Positions 28,333-38,168 of a DNA stretch of 50,805 nucleotides are shown here, piece by piece. How positions within the stretch are numbered: position 1 is the first letter of the stretch; the number at the start of each line of letters is the position of its first letter. Both the position numbers and the translations under genes were made by a program. The stretch lies in the sequence record SRR31156797_3786, one strand, 5' to 3'. Below the pieces are notes generated by a model that made no database searches, had not been told where the DNA came from, and was given only the letters and a program-made list of their open reading frames with translations.

Positions 28333-29588
28333 ATTGGTGCTATATATTTCCTAATGATACTATTTAGTTGTGCTGAAAGGAGCTGCGGTTCAGTGTGTAA
28401 TTCAACCCTGTTTCCTGGGTTTGCCCGGACCATATCCTCACCATCCTTATTGACCATTTTTACCACCTGAGCTGTCACAGGCTCAATACTGTCAGGGCCA
28501 AGGTATTCAACCGTATCACCGCTCTCTAAAACATTGCGGGTTTCAATGGTCAAAGGAGCAATAGAACGTACAATGCCAACCGGTGCGTAACCTTGCGCTA
28601 ATCGCATTGTATCATAAAGCATATCACCAGATGAAGGGTCACTCTCAAAAAAATTCTGAGAGTGACCACGAGTACCGATCTTCTTCATTTCATTATGAAA
28701 AACAGTCGGCAACTCGATATCATGTAGGTCTACGCCTGAAAAAAGTTTTTCCTTGATCAGATCCAATGCCGTTCGATAGAGCCTGACAACACTGCCCACA
28801 TACCCCATAGATTTCATCCGCCCTTCAATTTTAATTGAATCGGCACCCACTGCTATAAGCTTTGGTAAATGAGGCAACAGACAAAGATCACGTGCATTAA
28901 AGATATAGGTGCCGCGCTCATCCTCTTCAACAGGATAGTATTGACCTGGCCGTTTTTCCTCTACCAGCTTATAGGAGTAGCGACATGGTTGGGAACAATC
29001 CCCTTTATTTGCGTCTCTACCAGTCATATAGTTACTAAGCATGCATCGCCCGGAATAGGAAATACACAGTGCCCCGTGAACAAAAATTTCCAATTCTACA
29101 TCAGTTGCCTGCCGTATTTCCTGCATTTCACCGTATCCCATTTCACGTGCCAGGTTTATCCTTGACACCCCCTGCTTACTCCAGAAGGCAGCACTGGCAC
29201 CATTGGTTACATTTGCTTGAGTGGAAAGATGGACAGGCAAAGAAGGTACTGTTTGCTGGGCAAGGGAAAAGACCCCTGGGTCAGCAACAATAATACCATC
29301 AACCCCATGTGACTGTAATAATTCAAGGTACGCAGGAAGTCCTTCCATATCCCTGTTATGGGCAAATATATTGACCGTTACATATACTTTCACCCCATGC
29401 TGGTGAGCATACTCGACAGCCCGAGCAATGCCTGCATCATCAAAATTGGCAGCCCTTGCACGAAGACTGAACTGCTTACCGCCAAGATAAACAGCATCCG
29501 CACCATAATGCACAGCTGTGACCAATTTTTCAAAACTGCCTGCCGGTGCTAGCAGCTCAGGAATTTTGTGTACCTGTGTGTTATCCAT
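28329..29588 (-). CDS. U32-family protein, TrhP-like (tRNA hydroxylation)
   Basis: PELLAPAG, GADAVYLG, HLSTQAN, HGALCISYSGRC, CSQPCR, KIEGRMKS. Confidence 0.92.
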   Translation of the reverse strand: MDNTQVHKIPELLAPAGSFEKLVTAVHYGADAVYLGGKQFSLRARAANFDDAGIARAVEYAHQHGVKVYVTVNIFAHNRDMEGLPAYLELLQSHGVDGIIVADPGVFSLAQQTVPSLPVHLSTQANVTNGASAAFWSKQGVSRINLAREMGYGEMQEIRQATDVELEIFVHGALCISYSGRCMLSNYMTGRDANKGDCSQPCRYSYKLVEEKRPGQYYPVEEDERGTYIFNARDLCLLPHLPKLIAVGADSIKIEGRMKSMGYVGSVVRLYRTALDLIKEKLFSGVDLHDIELPTVFHNEMKKIGTRGHSQNFFESDPSSGDMLYDTMRLAQGYAPVGIVRSIAPLTIETRNVLESGDTVEYLGPDSIEPVTAQVVKMVNKDGEDMVRANPGNRVELHTEPQLLSAQLNSIIRKYIAPI

Positions 29589-29724
29589 AATTTCTCAATC
29601 GAAGTAATAATTATAATTATTATGTCCTTACGCCATTGCTTAACCTTTCCGGTATCTTCCAATAGACCGTTATTGTCTACCAGATGACAAAAAGCAGTAA
29701 AAATGAATGAAACGAAATATCAAT

Positions 29725-29753
29725 TTGACCTGACCTGTAACATATTTTACAGT
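29725..29753 (+). promoter_or_regulatory. Sigma70-type promoter with overlapping palindrome
   Basis: TTGACC-17 nt-TACAGT, with CTGTAA-N6-TTACAG at 29735-29752. Confidence 0.45.
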
Positions 29754-29845
29754 TTATAGAGTACGGATCAACTATAGGCGTAATGCGTCCATAATCTTTC
29801 ATTCCATATATCAATATTTTCTAACACGCTTCTCAGGGGGACAAT

Positions 29846-30142
29846 ATGCTAAAAAAGAGCTACTCTAAAACCGGTAAGATATGCAGGGTAACTTTTAAAT
29901 ATGAAAACAAGGAAGGCGCGGAAAGTGCGGTGATCGTCGGAGAGTTCAATACCTGGTCACTGGATGCAAACCCGATGAAAAAACTCAAAAATGGCAGTTT
30001 CTCGGCAACAATTTCACTGCCTGCTAAAGAAACATACCTGTTTCGTTATGTGCTGGACGGCAATGTCTGGGTGAATGACCATCAGGCAGACGGATATGCA
30101 CCCAATGAATACGGTGAAGATAACAGTATTATCAGGGTATAA
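29846..30142 (+). CDS. Isoamylase early-set / CBM48-like glycogen-binding domain protein
   Basis: CRVTF, VGEFNTW, PMKKLKNGSF, YLFRYVLDG..WVND..AD.Y..N.YG..NS. Confidence 0.88.
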   Translation: MLKKSYSKTGKICRVTFKYENKEGAESAVIVGEFNTWSLDANPMKKLKNGSFSATISLPAKETYLFRYVLDGNVWVNDHQADGYAPNEYGEDNSIIRV

Positions 30143-30313
30143 ATAACACACCTCGCCAGTCCTTTTATCTCTACCTGTTCACCCTATGGCTGCAGATAGT
30201 GCCTATTAGAAAAAGAAACATATCAGCAGGCCCACAGGGTGCCCCGTAGCTTATTGCATATTGCAATACAATATTTACAAATCAGGGTACTGGATACTGT
30301 ATAGAAATATGCC

Positions 30314-30868
30314 CTAGAAGCAATGACCTACTTGCGCCTGGACATACTCATTCTTCAAGTCAACATATCGTTTCCATGATTCATGAAAACCCTTTACCTG
30401 CTCATCGGTAATCTCGCGCACTGCCTTAGCCGGGGAACCGAGGATCAGAGAACGCGGTGGAAATATCTTCCCCCCGGTTACAACGGCTCCGGCACCTACG
30501 ATGGACTCGCGTCCGATCACAGCCCCGTCAAGTACAATGGCTCCCATCCCTATCAGGCAGAGATCCTCCACAGTGCAACCATGCAGTATCACATTATGCC
30601 CCACCGTCACCTCGCGACCGATAATTGCAGGATGGCCCTCGTCAAGTAAGCGCCCTCCGCCCTCTGCTCCAGTAGTATGAATCATGCAGTTATCTTGGAT
30701 GTTAGTGCGGTCACCGATCCGAATGCTGTGAACATCGCCTCTGGCGATGGAACCAAACCACAAGGATACATCATCGCCGATTTCAACATCACCAATAAAC
30801 GTCGCATTGGGCGCTACCCAGGCACCTTTTCCTGCCTTAGGCTGGTAATCTCTGTATGATAAAATCAT
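30314..30868 (-). CDS. Gamma carbonic anhydrase family protein
   Basis: RGDV, TNIQDNCMIH, TVGHNVILHGC, hexapeptide repeats. Confidence 0.93.
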   Translation of the reverse strand: MILSYRDYQPKAGKGAWVAPNATFIGDVEIGDDVSLWFGSIARGDVHSIRIGDRTNIQDNCMIHTTGAEGGGRLLDEGHPAIIGREVTVGHNVILHGCTVEDLCLIGMGAIVLDGAVIGRESIVGAGAVVTGGKIFPPRSLILGSPAKAVREITDEQVKGFHESWKRYVDLKNEYVQAQVGHCF

Positions 30869-30904
30869 AATTCCCCCTCAGTTAGAAAATTAGAAACGGA
30901 TAAA

Positions 30905-32398
30905 TCAATGGGTTGCCAGACCTGCCATCATCTCCGGTATTTGGTCAATTCGTTCCTGATCATCGGCAGCAAAAGTTTCCACCAACATTCCGCCATACAT
31001 GACTCCAATTCTATCGGACAAGGTCAACGCTTCTGAGAGATCTCCGGTAACCAATAATATGCCGGCCTGCTCCCTGGCTTTCATCAATAAATTCCAGACA
31101 TCTTCTGCTGCTGCGATATCGAGTCCCTGGGTTGGCTGCTCTGCAACTATCAACCTTGGGCGGCGATAAAACTCTCTTGCCAAAACCATCTTCTGCAAGT
31201 TACCACCGGAAAGCTGCCAGGCCAAAGCATCCAAGTCTGGCGGACGAATGTCAAAATCATTGATGAGCTTGTTTACAGTCTCCCTGGCTTGCTTTTTCAA
31301 CAGCCATGGACCACGTACAAATCCACCTCTGGTAGTCAATAAAAAATTATCAAGCAGGGTCAGACCGGGACAGGTTGCGAGCCCCTGGCGATCTTCAGGG
31401 ATATAGCTAAGCGTCTGTTCCCAGTTCTGCTTAGAAAAAAAACGTTTCCACTCCAAACCCAGGATACGCACGCTCCCTGTTTTGGGAGGGGCTAAACCAC
31501 AAATCGTTTCCACCAATGGCTTTTGCCCGTTTCCTGCAACCCCGACAATACCAAAAACCTCTCCCTGACGGACCTCAAAATCAGCTTGTTTCAGCCCATT
31601 CCCCTGCAGAGAGGATACTTTCAAGACAATCTGGCGCGGTTCTACAGGTTCTTTGTCCACCTGCAAAAGAACAGCACGGCCCACCATACGTCGGGCCAAT
31701 TCTGCTGTCGAGCGCACCGCCGTTTTCGGTAGCTGATCGATCACTCTGCCACGCTTTAATATTGCGATATCGTCGGCAAGAGATAAGACTTCTTCCAACT
31801 TATGACTGATAAAAACAATAGCCGTTCCCCTCTCAACCATCTGCCGCATTGTTGTAAACAATGCCTCCGACTCTTTTGGGGTCAGTACTGCCGTTGGTTC
31901 GTCAAAAATCAGGATAGAGCTTTTGCGGTGTAATAATTTAAGAATCTCAACCTGCTGTTTCTCGCCCATGGACAAATCGGCAATCACAGCTTCTGGATCG
32001 ACAGACATACCATATGTTTTCGCAAGTTGGCGAACTTCAGCATTCATCTCTTTATGCCGCAGCCACATACCACCAGATACGCCAAGAAAGACATTCTCAG
32101 CAACAGTCATAGCTTCAACCAGCTTAAAATGCTGATAGACCATACCGATACCACTCTGGATGGCCTTGTCCGTATTGCTGAAGATGACAGGTTTCCCTTT
32201 ATGCAATATACTACCGCTGTCGGGCTGTAATTGACCAGCAAGCATGGACATCAGGGTAGATTTACCTGCTCCATTTTCCCCCAAAAGAGCAAGAATTCGT
32301 CCCTGATGAATATCTAAGGTAATATCCTTGTTGGCCTGAACACTGCCAAAAGATTTTGATATACCTTCCAGCCGTATAACCGGATCAGCAGCTGTCAT
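30905..32398 (-). CDS. Nucleoside/sugar ABC transporter ATP-binding protein (two ATPase domains)
   Basis: GENGAGKST, DEPTAVL, ISHKL, GVAGNGQ, LSGGNLQK. Confidence 0.93.
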   Translation of the reverse strand: MTAADPVIRLEGISKSFGSVQANKDITLDIHQGRILALLGENGAGKSTLMSMLAGQLQPDSGSILHKGKPVIFSNTDKAIQSGIGMVYQHFKLVEAMTVAENVFLGVSGGMWLRHKEMNAEVRQLAKTYGMSVDPEAVIADLSMGEKQQVEILKLLHRKSSILIFDEPTAVLTPKESEALFTTMRQMVERGTAIVFISHKLEEVLSLADDIAILKRGRVIDQLPKTAVRSTAELARRMVGRAVLLQVDKEPVEPRQIVLKVSSLQGNGLKQADFEVRQGEVFGIVGVAGNGQKPLVETICGLAPPKTGSVRILGLEWKRFFSKQNWEQTLSYIPEDRQGLATCPGLTLLDNFLLTTRGGFVRGPWLLKKQARETVNKLINDFDIRPPDLDALAWQLSGGNLQKMVLAREFYRRPRLIVAEQPTQGLDIAAAEDVWNLLMKAREQAGILLVTGDLSEALTLSDRIGVMYGGMLVETFAADDQERIDQIPEMMAGLATH

Positions 32399-32404
32399 TG
32401 CTTG

Positions 32405-32887
32405 CTAATTTCCTGCTGCCAGCGGCTGGACAAACTGGGACTCTGTATCCCAGGGAAACAAAATCCAGGTATCCTGACTGACTTCGGTGATAAAAGTATC
32501 CACTAACGGCCGACCTGCTGGTTTTGCATACACTGTAGCAAAATGCGCTTTGGGCACCATTTTTTTAACAATCTGAGCTGTTCGCCCAGTGTCCACCAGA
32601 TCATCGATGAGCAGCCATCCTTCGCCCTCTCCGGCAAAGGGCTTGAGGATTTCAGCATCTCCTTTTTTATCCTTCCAATCATAACTGGAAATGCAGATGG
32701 TATCGACCAGGTGAATGTTAAGCTCACGGGCAATAATCGCAGCAGGTACCATTCCGCCGCGTGTTATGGCAATAATACCTTTAAAATACTCTGTACTGAG
32801 CAAACGCCAGGCAAGCGCCTTGGAGTCACGGTGTAACTGATCCCATGATATGGGATATGTTTTTCTATACTGAGTTTTTTCTTCCAT
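32405..32887 (-). CDS. gpt: Xanthine-guanine phosphoribosyltransferase
   Basis: [37 protein letters not shown]. Confidence 0.95.
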   Translation of the reverse strand: MEEKTQYRKTYPISWDQLHRDSKALAWRLLSTEYFKGIIAITRGGMVPAAIIARELNIHLVDTICISSYDWKDKKGDAEILKPFAGEGEGWLLIDDLVDTGRTAQIVKKMVPKAHFATVYAKPAGRPLVDTFITEVSQDTWILFPWDTESQFVQPLAAGN

Positions 32888-32944
32888 TCGTCAACTCCTT
32901 ACGCAAACACTCTTAATCCAAATTTTATACAGAAGGCATCAAGG

Positions 32945-33865
32945 TTAATCAGCCGGTTCAACATTTACTCCCAGAGCAGCAGGCTCATTGGTACGTCTAC
33001 GCCCCAATGACGACAAGACAAGGACAAAGACTGTCAATCCGTAGGGCAACATGAGCAGCAAAGAGGACGGCAACTGGGTGCCGGTTGCCTGCAACCTGAG
33101 CTGAAGCGCCATAATTCCGCCAAAAAGGTAGGCTCCAAACACAGCCCGCCCGGGACGCCAGAAGGCGAAAATAACAAGAGCCACCGCTATCCAGCCACGT
33201 CCGGCAGTCAGGTTATTGGTCCACAAATGGGTATAAGCCAGGGACAGGTAGGCCCCGCCAAGCCCCATAAAAAAACCACCACCAAGAATCCCCAGCCAAC
33301 GGTAGCCTCTGGCATTGAGACCAGCTGCCGCTGCTGCCTCTGGAAATTCACCAACAGCCCGTAATCCGAGTCCATAACGAGTATTGTTAAAAAATAGCCA
33401 CAGGCATGGAGGGATAATATAGGTGAGATAGACCAAAGGATCATGTTGAAAAAATATAGCTCCTATGACCGGAATGTCAGCAAGAATGGGCACCGGCATG
33501 GGATAAAATCCTGGAGCTGATAAACCGACATAAGATGTACCAAAATAATTGGCAAAACCAGTTCCTAAGATTGTCAGTGCCAGCCCGGAAACAACTTGGT
33601 TTCCCTGAAAAACAAGACACACAACGCCATGCAGGGAAGCTGTTGCTATTCCTGCAGCACCAGCTGCAACAAAAGCCAAAGAAGGACTGCCTGTATAGTG
33701 AGCCACCAGAAAAGCGCTCAAACCACCAACAATCATGATTCCTTCTACCCCCAGGTTCAAGACCCCGGACTTCTCGGTAATCATTTCGCCCAGAGTCGCA
33801 TACAGAATAGGGGTTCCGGCAACAATGGTTGCAGCCAAGAGAGGTATGATCATCTCGATGGTCAT
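32945..33865 (-). CDS. Nucleoside ABC transporter permease
   Basis: EKSGVLNLGVEG, GLRAVGE, AGRGWIAVALV. Confidence 0.92.
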   Translation of the reverse strand: MTIEMIIPLLAATIVAGTPILYATLGEMITEKSGVLNLGVEGIMIVGGLSAFLVAHYTGSPSLAFVAAGAAGIATASLHGVVCLVFQGNQVVSGLALTILGTGFANYFGTSYVGLSAPGFYPMPVPILADIPVIGAIFFQHDPLVYLTYIIPPCLWLFFNNTRYGLGLRAVGEFPEAAAAAGLNARGYRWLGILGGGFFMGLGGAYLSLAYTHLWTNNLTAGRGWIAVALVIFAFWRPGRAVFGAYLFGGIMALQLRLQATGTQLPSSLLLMLPYGLTVFVLVLSSLGRRRTNEPAALGVNVEPAD

Positions 33866-34926
33866 TGCTTCCTCACCGGTACCATTTTGTAATGAACAAA
33901 AAAGCCGCTGGCAAGAACAGTCATCAGAATCAGCCCTTCTATCATCCCACCAAAAGCAGCTGGTACCTGCATATCCAGCTGCAGACTTTCCACTCCAACC
34001 CGCAGACCAGCAAGCAAAAAGGATGTTACAGCAATATTTAAAGGATTGAGGCGAGCAAGCCAGGCGACCACAATGGCAGTATAGCCATAGCCGACCATAA
34101 TGGATGGTTGTAATCGGTTAATGGTTGCCGAAGCCTCTAAAAAACCAGCCCATCCGGCAAGGGCACCACTTAACACCATTACCAGCACCACTAGATAACT
34201 GTAGGGAATGCCAGCATAACGTGCAGCACGAACGCTGTCTCCAGAGGCCTTTAATTCGAATCCAGTCCTGGTGAAGGTAAAAAAAAGCCAGAACACTATA
34301 CCTAGAATAAAACAATGAAAAATACCACTATTGACACCACTGGTACCGATCTTGCCGACAATGGCCTGTTCGGTAAACATCGGGGTCATGGGAAAACCAT
34401 AACTGGCAGGGTCCTTCCAAATACCATACACCAGGTATTCCAGGAGAAGAATAGCTATATAATTCATCATCAAGGTGACGATGATCTCATTGGTACCAAG
34501 GCGCTGCCTCAGTATGGCAGGAATCATACCCCATGCACCACCGGCTATACAGGCAGCACCAATCATCATTGACAGAAGTACTGGTTTGGGGAGCTCGGGA
34601 AAGGTCAATGCTGCCCAGGTAGCACCAATGGCCCCCAGAGCAAACTGTCCTTCGGCTCCGATATTCCAGATCTGTAATCGAAAAGCTGTGGCCACCCCCA
34701 GGGAGCAAAGGAAAATGGGGATCGCCTTAATAAGACTGTCTTCAATAGCCCAACGGGAGCCGAAGGCTCCCTTAAAAAGGGTAAGAATACCTTCCATGGG
34801 CGGTGTGCCGCGCATAATCAGCATCACTGCACTTAGCAACAGCGCAAGAACGATTGCGGCCAGTAAAATAAAACAGGAACGCCAACCGAGACGTTCCTGT
34901 CTTTTAATAATCCTGAATCGCTGCAT
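33862..34926 (-). CDS. Nucleoside ABC transporter permease
   Basis: WNIGAEGQ, NEIIVTLMMNY, AARYAGI, GYGYTAIVVAWL. Confidence 0.92.
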   Translation of the reverse strand: MQRFRIIKRQERLGWRSCFILLAAIVLALLLSAVMLIMRGTPPMEGILTLFKGAFGSRWAIEDSLIKAIPIFLCSLGVATAFRLQIWNIGAEGQFALGAIGATWAALTFPELPKPVLLSMMIGAACIAGGAWGMIPAILRQRLGTNEIIVTLMMNYIAILLLEYLVYGIWKDPASYGFPMTPMFTEQAIVGKIGTSGVNSGIFHCFILGIVFWLFFTFTRTGFELKASGDSVRAARYAGIPYSYLVVLVMVLSGALAGWAGFLEASATINRLQPSIMVGYGYTAIVVAWLARLNPLNIAVTSFLLAGLRVGVESLQLDMQVPAAFGGMIEGLILMTVLASGFFVHYKMVPVRKQ

Positions 34927-34969
34927 CAGCTACGACAAGGGTTCCTGTAACATTTTTAGTATACGGCTC

Positions 34970-36028
34970 TTATTCAGTGGTTCCGACTACACCCTGTACA
35001 AACCAGGTCATACCAAGCAGTGTCTCGTCACTTGCAACGGTGCCTTCAGCAATTTTCACAGCACCCTGCTGATCTTTGACCGGCCCGCTGAACACCTTCA
35101 AACTGCCAGAGACAATTTCCGCCTTTTGGGCCGCAACTTTATCCTGTACCTCTTGGGGAACCATGGGGCCAAAAGGTGCGAGTTCGACTATTCCAGCATC
35201 CATTCCCGGCCAAGCCGCTTCAGCTTTCCAGGTACCTTCTTTGACTTGATTAACAATCTGGGTGTAATACGGTGCCCAGTTCCATATAGGAGCTGTGAGA
35301 TGTGACTTAGGTGCAAAGGAACTCATATCAGAATTATAGCCAATTGAGTAGACACCTTTCTCCTGTGCCGCTTCCTGTGGGCCGGGAGAATCCTGGTGCT
35401 GGGCAATAACATCTGCTCCCGCATCCAACAGAGACTTGGCAGCCTCTTTTTCAGTTGCCGGGTCATACCAGGTTTTTGTCCATACCACTCGTACGGAAAC
35501 GTCAGGATTCACGGCCTGCGCTCCTAAAGTAAACGCATTGATACCACGGATAACTTCCGGGATAGGAAAAGCAGCTACATATCCGAGTATTTTACTTTTG
35601 GTCATTGAACCGGCAACCATACCACTCAGATATCTGGCCTGATACATGCGGCCAAAATAGTTACTCATGTTCTCAGCCTTTTTAAAACCAGAACAATGCA
35701 TGAAAACGGTCTTTGGAAACTGCTTTGCCACCTTAAGCATCGGATCCATATAACCGAAGCTGGTTGCAAAAATAATATCGTAGCCCTTGCGTGCCATATT
35801 GAGGATAACCCGTCCAGAGTCAGGCCCTTCTTTCACAGACTCAACATAAGCGGTTTTAACGCCGTCCATCTTTTCAACCGCTAGACGCCCCTTATCATGG
35901 GCAAAGGAATAACCGGCATCGCCGATGGGGGAAACATAAACAAAGCCAACATTCATATCTTTGGCCATCGCTGCAAAGGCGACACCTAAGCTGCACAAGA
36001 CAACAGACATTACTTTGACAATACGCAT
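34970..36028 (-). CDS. BMP-family (purine nucleoside) ABC substrate-binding protein
   Basis: Signal peptide, GFVYVSPIGDAG, ATSFGY, PEVIRGINAF, TWYDP, DVIAQHQDS. Confidence 0.93.
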   Translation of the reverse strand: MRIVKVMSVVLCSLGVAFAAMAKDMNVGFVYVSPIGDAGYSFAHDKGRLAVEKMDGVKTAYVESVKEGPDSGRVILNMARKGYDIIFATSFGYMDPMLKVAKQFPKTVFMHCSGFKKAENMSNYFGRMYQARYLSGMVAGSMTKSKILGYVAAFPIPEVIRGINAFTLGAQAVNPDVSVRVVWTKTWYDPATEKEAAKSLLDAGADVIAQHQDSPGPQEAAQEKGVYSIGYNSDMSSFAPKSHLTAPIWNWAPYYTQIVNQVKEGTWKAEAAWPGMDAGIVELAPFGPMVPQEVQDKVAAQKAEIVSGSLKVFSGPVKDQQGAVKIAEGTVASDETLLGMTWFVQGVVGTTE

Positions 36029-36114
36029 AGTTAACCTCCGAATTACATGACTTACCCCTGGTTACGCCAAGGGTAATACGTTGTGGGGATGAGAATAAAT
36101 TTCAAATGTTTCTT

Positions 36115-36143
36115 CTTATACGTAATAGACAATGGCGTGTCAA
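36115..36143 (-). promoter_or_regulatory. Sigma70-type promoter of the nucleoside ABC operon
   Basis: Minus strand TTGACA-17 nt-TATAAG. Confidence 0.65.
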
Positions 36144-36261
36144 ACTAAAAGGTACGCCGCAGCAACGACCTCGCCTCCAACCATATGCGCAGGAACCGCT
36201 CAACAAACTCTATCAGAAGTTTGTCACCACAAAAAACGACTATTGCTTCGCCAGTTGCTTA

Positions 36262-36975
36262 TTAACGTGGCTGTTTTGACGGAACCACCAATAGACGCGG
36301 TACCAGTACCTCTTCCGGCTGAGTCAGCATAAAGCGCACACAACGTGCAATATCCTCTGGTTGGAGCATACCTTCGGCCGGATTAAATTTTTTCTCGTCC
36401 GGCCAGTGATCAAACAAACCGGTATCGGTTCTTCCCGGTTCAATTGCTGCTACTCGTACTCCAGAGCCAGCCAGTTCCATTCGCAATGCGTCGGTGAATG
36501 CCTCAACGGCAAATTTAGTCCCGTTATATGCCCCGATACCGGGAAACGTCTTTAAACCAGCGAGACTTGAGGTGTTGATCAAAAAACCGCTTCCCTGGCG
36601 CTTCAAATGACGTAGCATGGTATAACTTACCCGAACGAGGGCTTCAAAGTTAACACGGACCATGTGGCATAAAGCCTCTACATCTACCTCCTCGATATTA
36701 CCGATGTGCATAACCCCGGCATTATTAAATACATAATCCAGTTGGTTATAATGGGTCAGGGCAGCCTGCAGGAGATGCTCGGGCAGCGATGGATCGGTGA
36801 TATCACCGGCAACCACCACAGCCTGCTGAAGTTGCGTGGCAAGTTCAGTAAGCTTTTTTTCATTGCGGCCAGTCAAGATAAACTTTACCCCATCCTGATT
36901 CAGCATCTTGGTGGTTGCAGCACCAATACCACTGCTTGCCCCCGTGATCAGTAAAACCTTTCCGCTCAGATCCAT
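36262..36975 (-). CDS. Short-chain dehydrogenase/reductase
   Basis: TGASSGIG, NNAG, YNGTK; ATG at 36975 with AGGAGG RBS. Confidence 0.93.
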   Translation of the reverse strand: MDLSGKVLLITGASSGIGAATTKMLNQDGVKFILTGRNEKKLTELATQLQQAVVVAGDITDPSLPEHLLQAALTHYNQLDYVFNNAGVMHIGNIEEVDVEALCHMVRVNFEALVRVSYTMLRHLKRQGSGFLINTSSLAGLKTFPGIGAYNGTKFAVEAFTDALRMELAGSGVRVAAIEPGRTDTGLFDHWPDEKKFNPAEGMLQPEDIARCVRFMLTQPEEVLVPRLLVVPSKQPR

Positions 36976-37095
36976 CTGCGTTCCTCCTTGATATAATCTG
37001 CCGTTTAAACTTGGAGAGAGTGCACCCAAGTCATCCCTCCCTTTATAGCATCTTAAGAACACAAGGGAAGGAGGTTTTTACACAACGAAGTATTT

Positions 37096-37791
37096 TCAAT
37101 CTTCTGCACATTCGCAGGGAAGTGAAGGAATTACAAAATACAGGTTGGTACAGGCATCTGCTGCCGGCTGCATGCTAAGCGTCCCCTCCACCTTGGTAAT
37201 GGCTGCTTGCAATATTTTAGATTCCTCGACAAGAACAGCCTTGGAAAGTTCATAGTTTACCCTTACCGACTTACCTTCCATGGAGGTACGAATTGCCAGA
37301 CTGCTGCCGCTGGCAAGCTGGTCCAGGCAAAGCTCAAAAATGCGGTAAAAAATGTGTTGGATCAATGAAGGATCATTGCGTACTGAGATTATATCCTTTC
37401 CAGGGTGTACCTCGAAACTGACCTGTTTTAACCGAGAAAACCGGCAAAGAAATGCATACTCTTCCAACAAAAGATCATTGACGCTCAATATCGTATAGGC
37501 GACATCGGGCCTGTGAGCCATTCCACTGAGATGATGGAGCATATCCGCAGCAATAACGATCCGGCGCTCAATGGATGCAATTGCCTTTTGCAGCCGTTCG
37601 GTGGTTGTGTCATCGGCATGCATCTCGGAAAACTCTATAAAATCACTTATCAGCCCATTGGATTCTCGAATAATGCCAAGATGATTTTTCATATCGTGGG
37701 AAAACCCCGCCATCAGCCGCCCAAACGTCTGAATCTGTTCATGGCGGAGAGCATTTTCTGTCGCCCCGTCAGTTATCATGGTTGAGTTCAC
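37096..37791 (-). CDS. Sensor-less histidine-kinase-like protein (HisKA plus degenerate HATPase)
   Basis: FGRLMAGFSHDMKNHL H-box; no recognisable N, G1 or G2 boxes. Confidence 0.7.
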   Translation of the reverse strand: MNSTMITDGATENALRHEQIQTFGRLMAGFSHDMKNHLGIIRESNGLISDFIEFSEMHADDTTTERLQKAIASIERRIVIAADMLHHLSGMAHRPDVAYTILSVNDLLLEEYAFLCRFSRLKQVSFEVHPGKDIISVRNDPSLIQHIFYRIFELCLDQLASGSSLAIRTSMEGKSVRVNYELSKAVLVEESKILQAAITKVEGTLSMQPAADACTNLYFVIPSLPCECAED

Positions 37792-38158
37792 TCCTTTTTT
37801 GATCGGCTTGCTGAATCTTGTCGAGCAATTCTCCCAGGTCGACCGGTTTCATAATATAGTCAAAGGCTCCTTTTTCCATGGCCTCGATCCCTGAAGCCAC
37901 TGAACCGTGACCGGTCAACATGATCACTTCTATCCTGGGGTCACGCTCCTTGATTTCTGCCAGGATGTCCAACCCGTTCATGTCAGGCATTTTCAAATCA
38001 AGAATAATGATACCAGGGCTTAATTCTTCCATTTTCACCAGCCCATCCGTTCCGCTGTTGGCATCAGCCGCATCAATGCCCCGCAAGCGTAAACGCTGAC
38101 ACAGGGTTGATGCAAACTCGACCTCATCATCAATGATCAATATTTTTGCCTCTATCAT
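37769..38158 (-). CDS. Single-domain response regulator
   Basis: IIDDE, LDLKMP, LTGHG, KP. Confidence 0.93.
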   Translation of the reverse strand: MIEAKILIIDDEVEFASTLCQRLRLRGIDAADANSGTDGLVKMEELSPGIIILDLKMPDMNGLDILAEIKERDPRIEVIMLTGHGSVASGIEAMEKGAFDYIMKPVDLGELLDKIQQADQKRSELNHDN

Positions 38159-38168
38159 ATATCCCCCT

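Noticed and set aside
30252-30268. Perfect palindrome TATTGCA-TAT-TGCAATA
   Set aside because: Lies between convergent gene ends in AT-rich DNA, with no promoter to regulate.
36029-36114. Purine riboswitch upstream of the nucleoside ABC operon
   Set aside because: Only one hairpin; the conserved three-way-junction purine aptamer sequences are absent.
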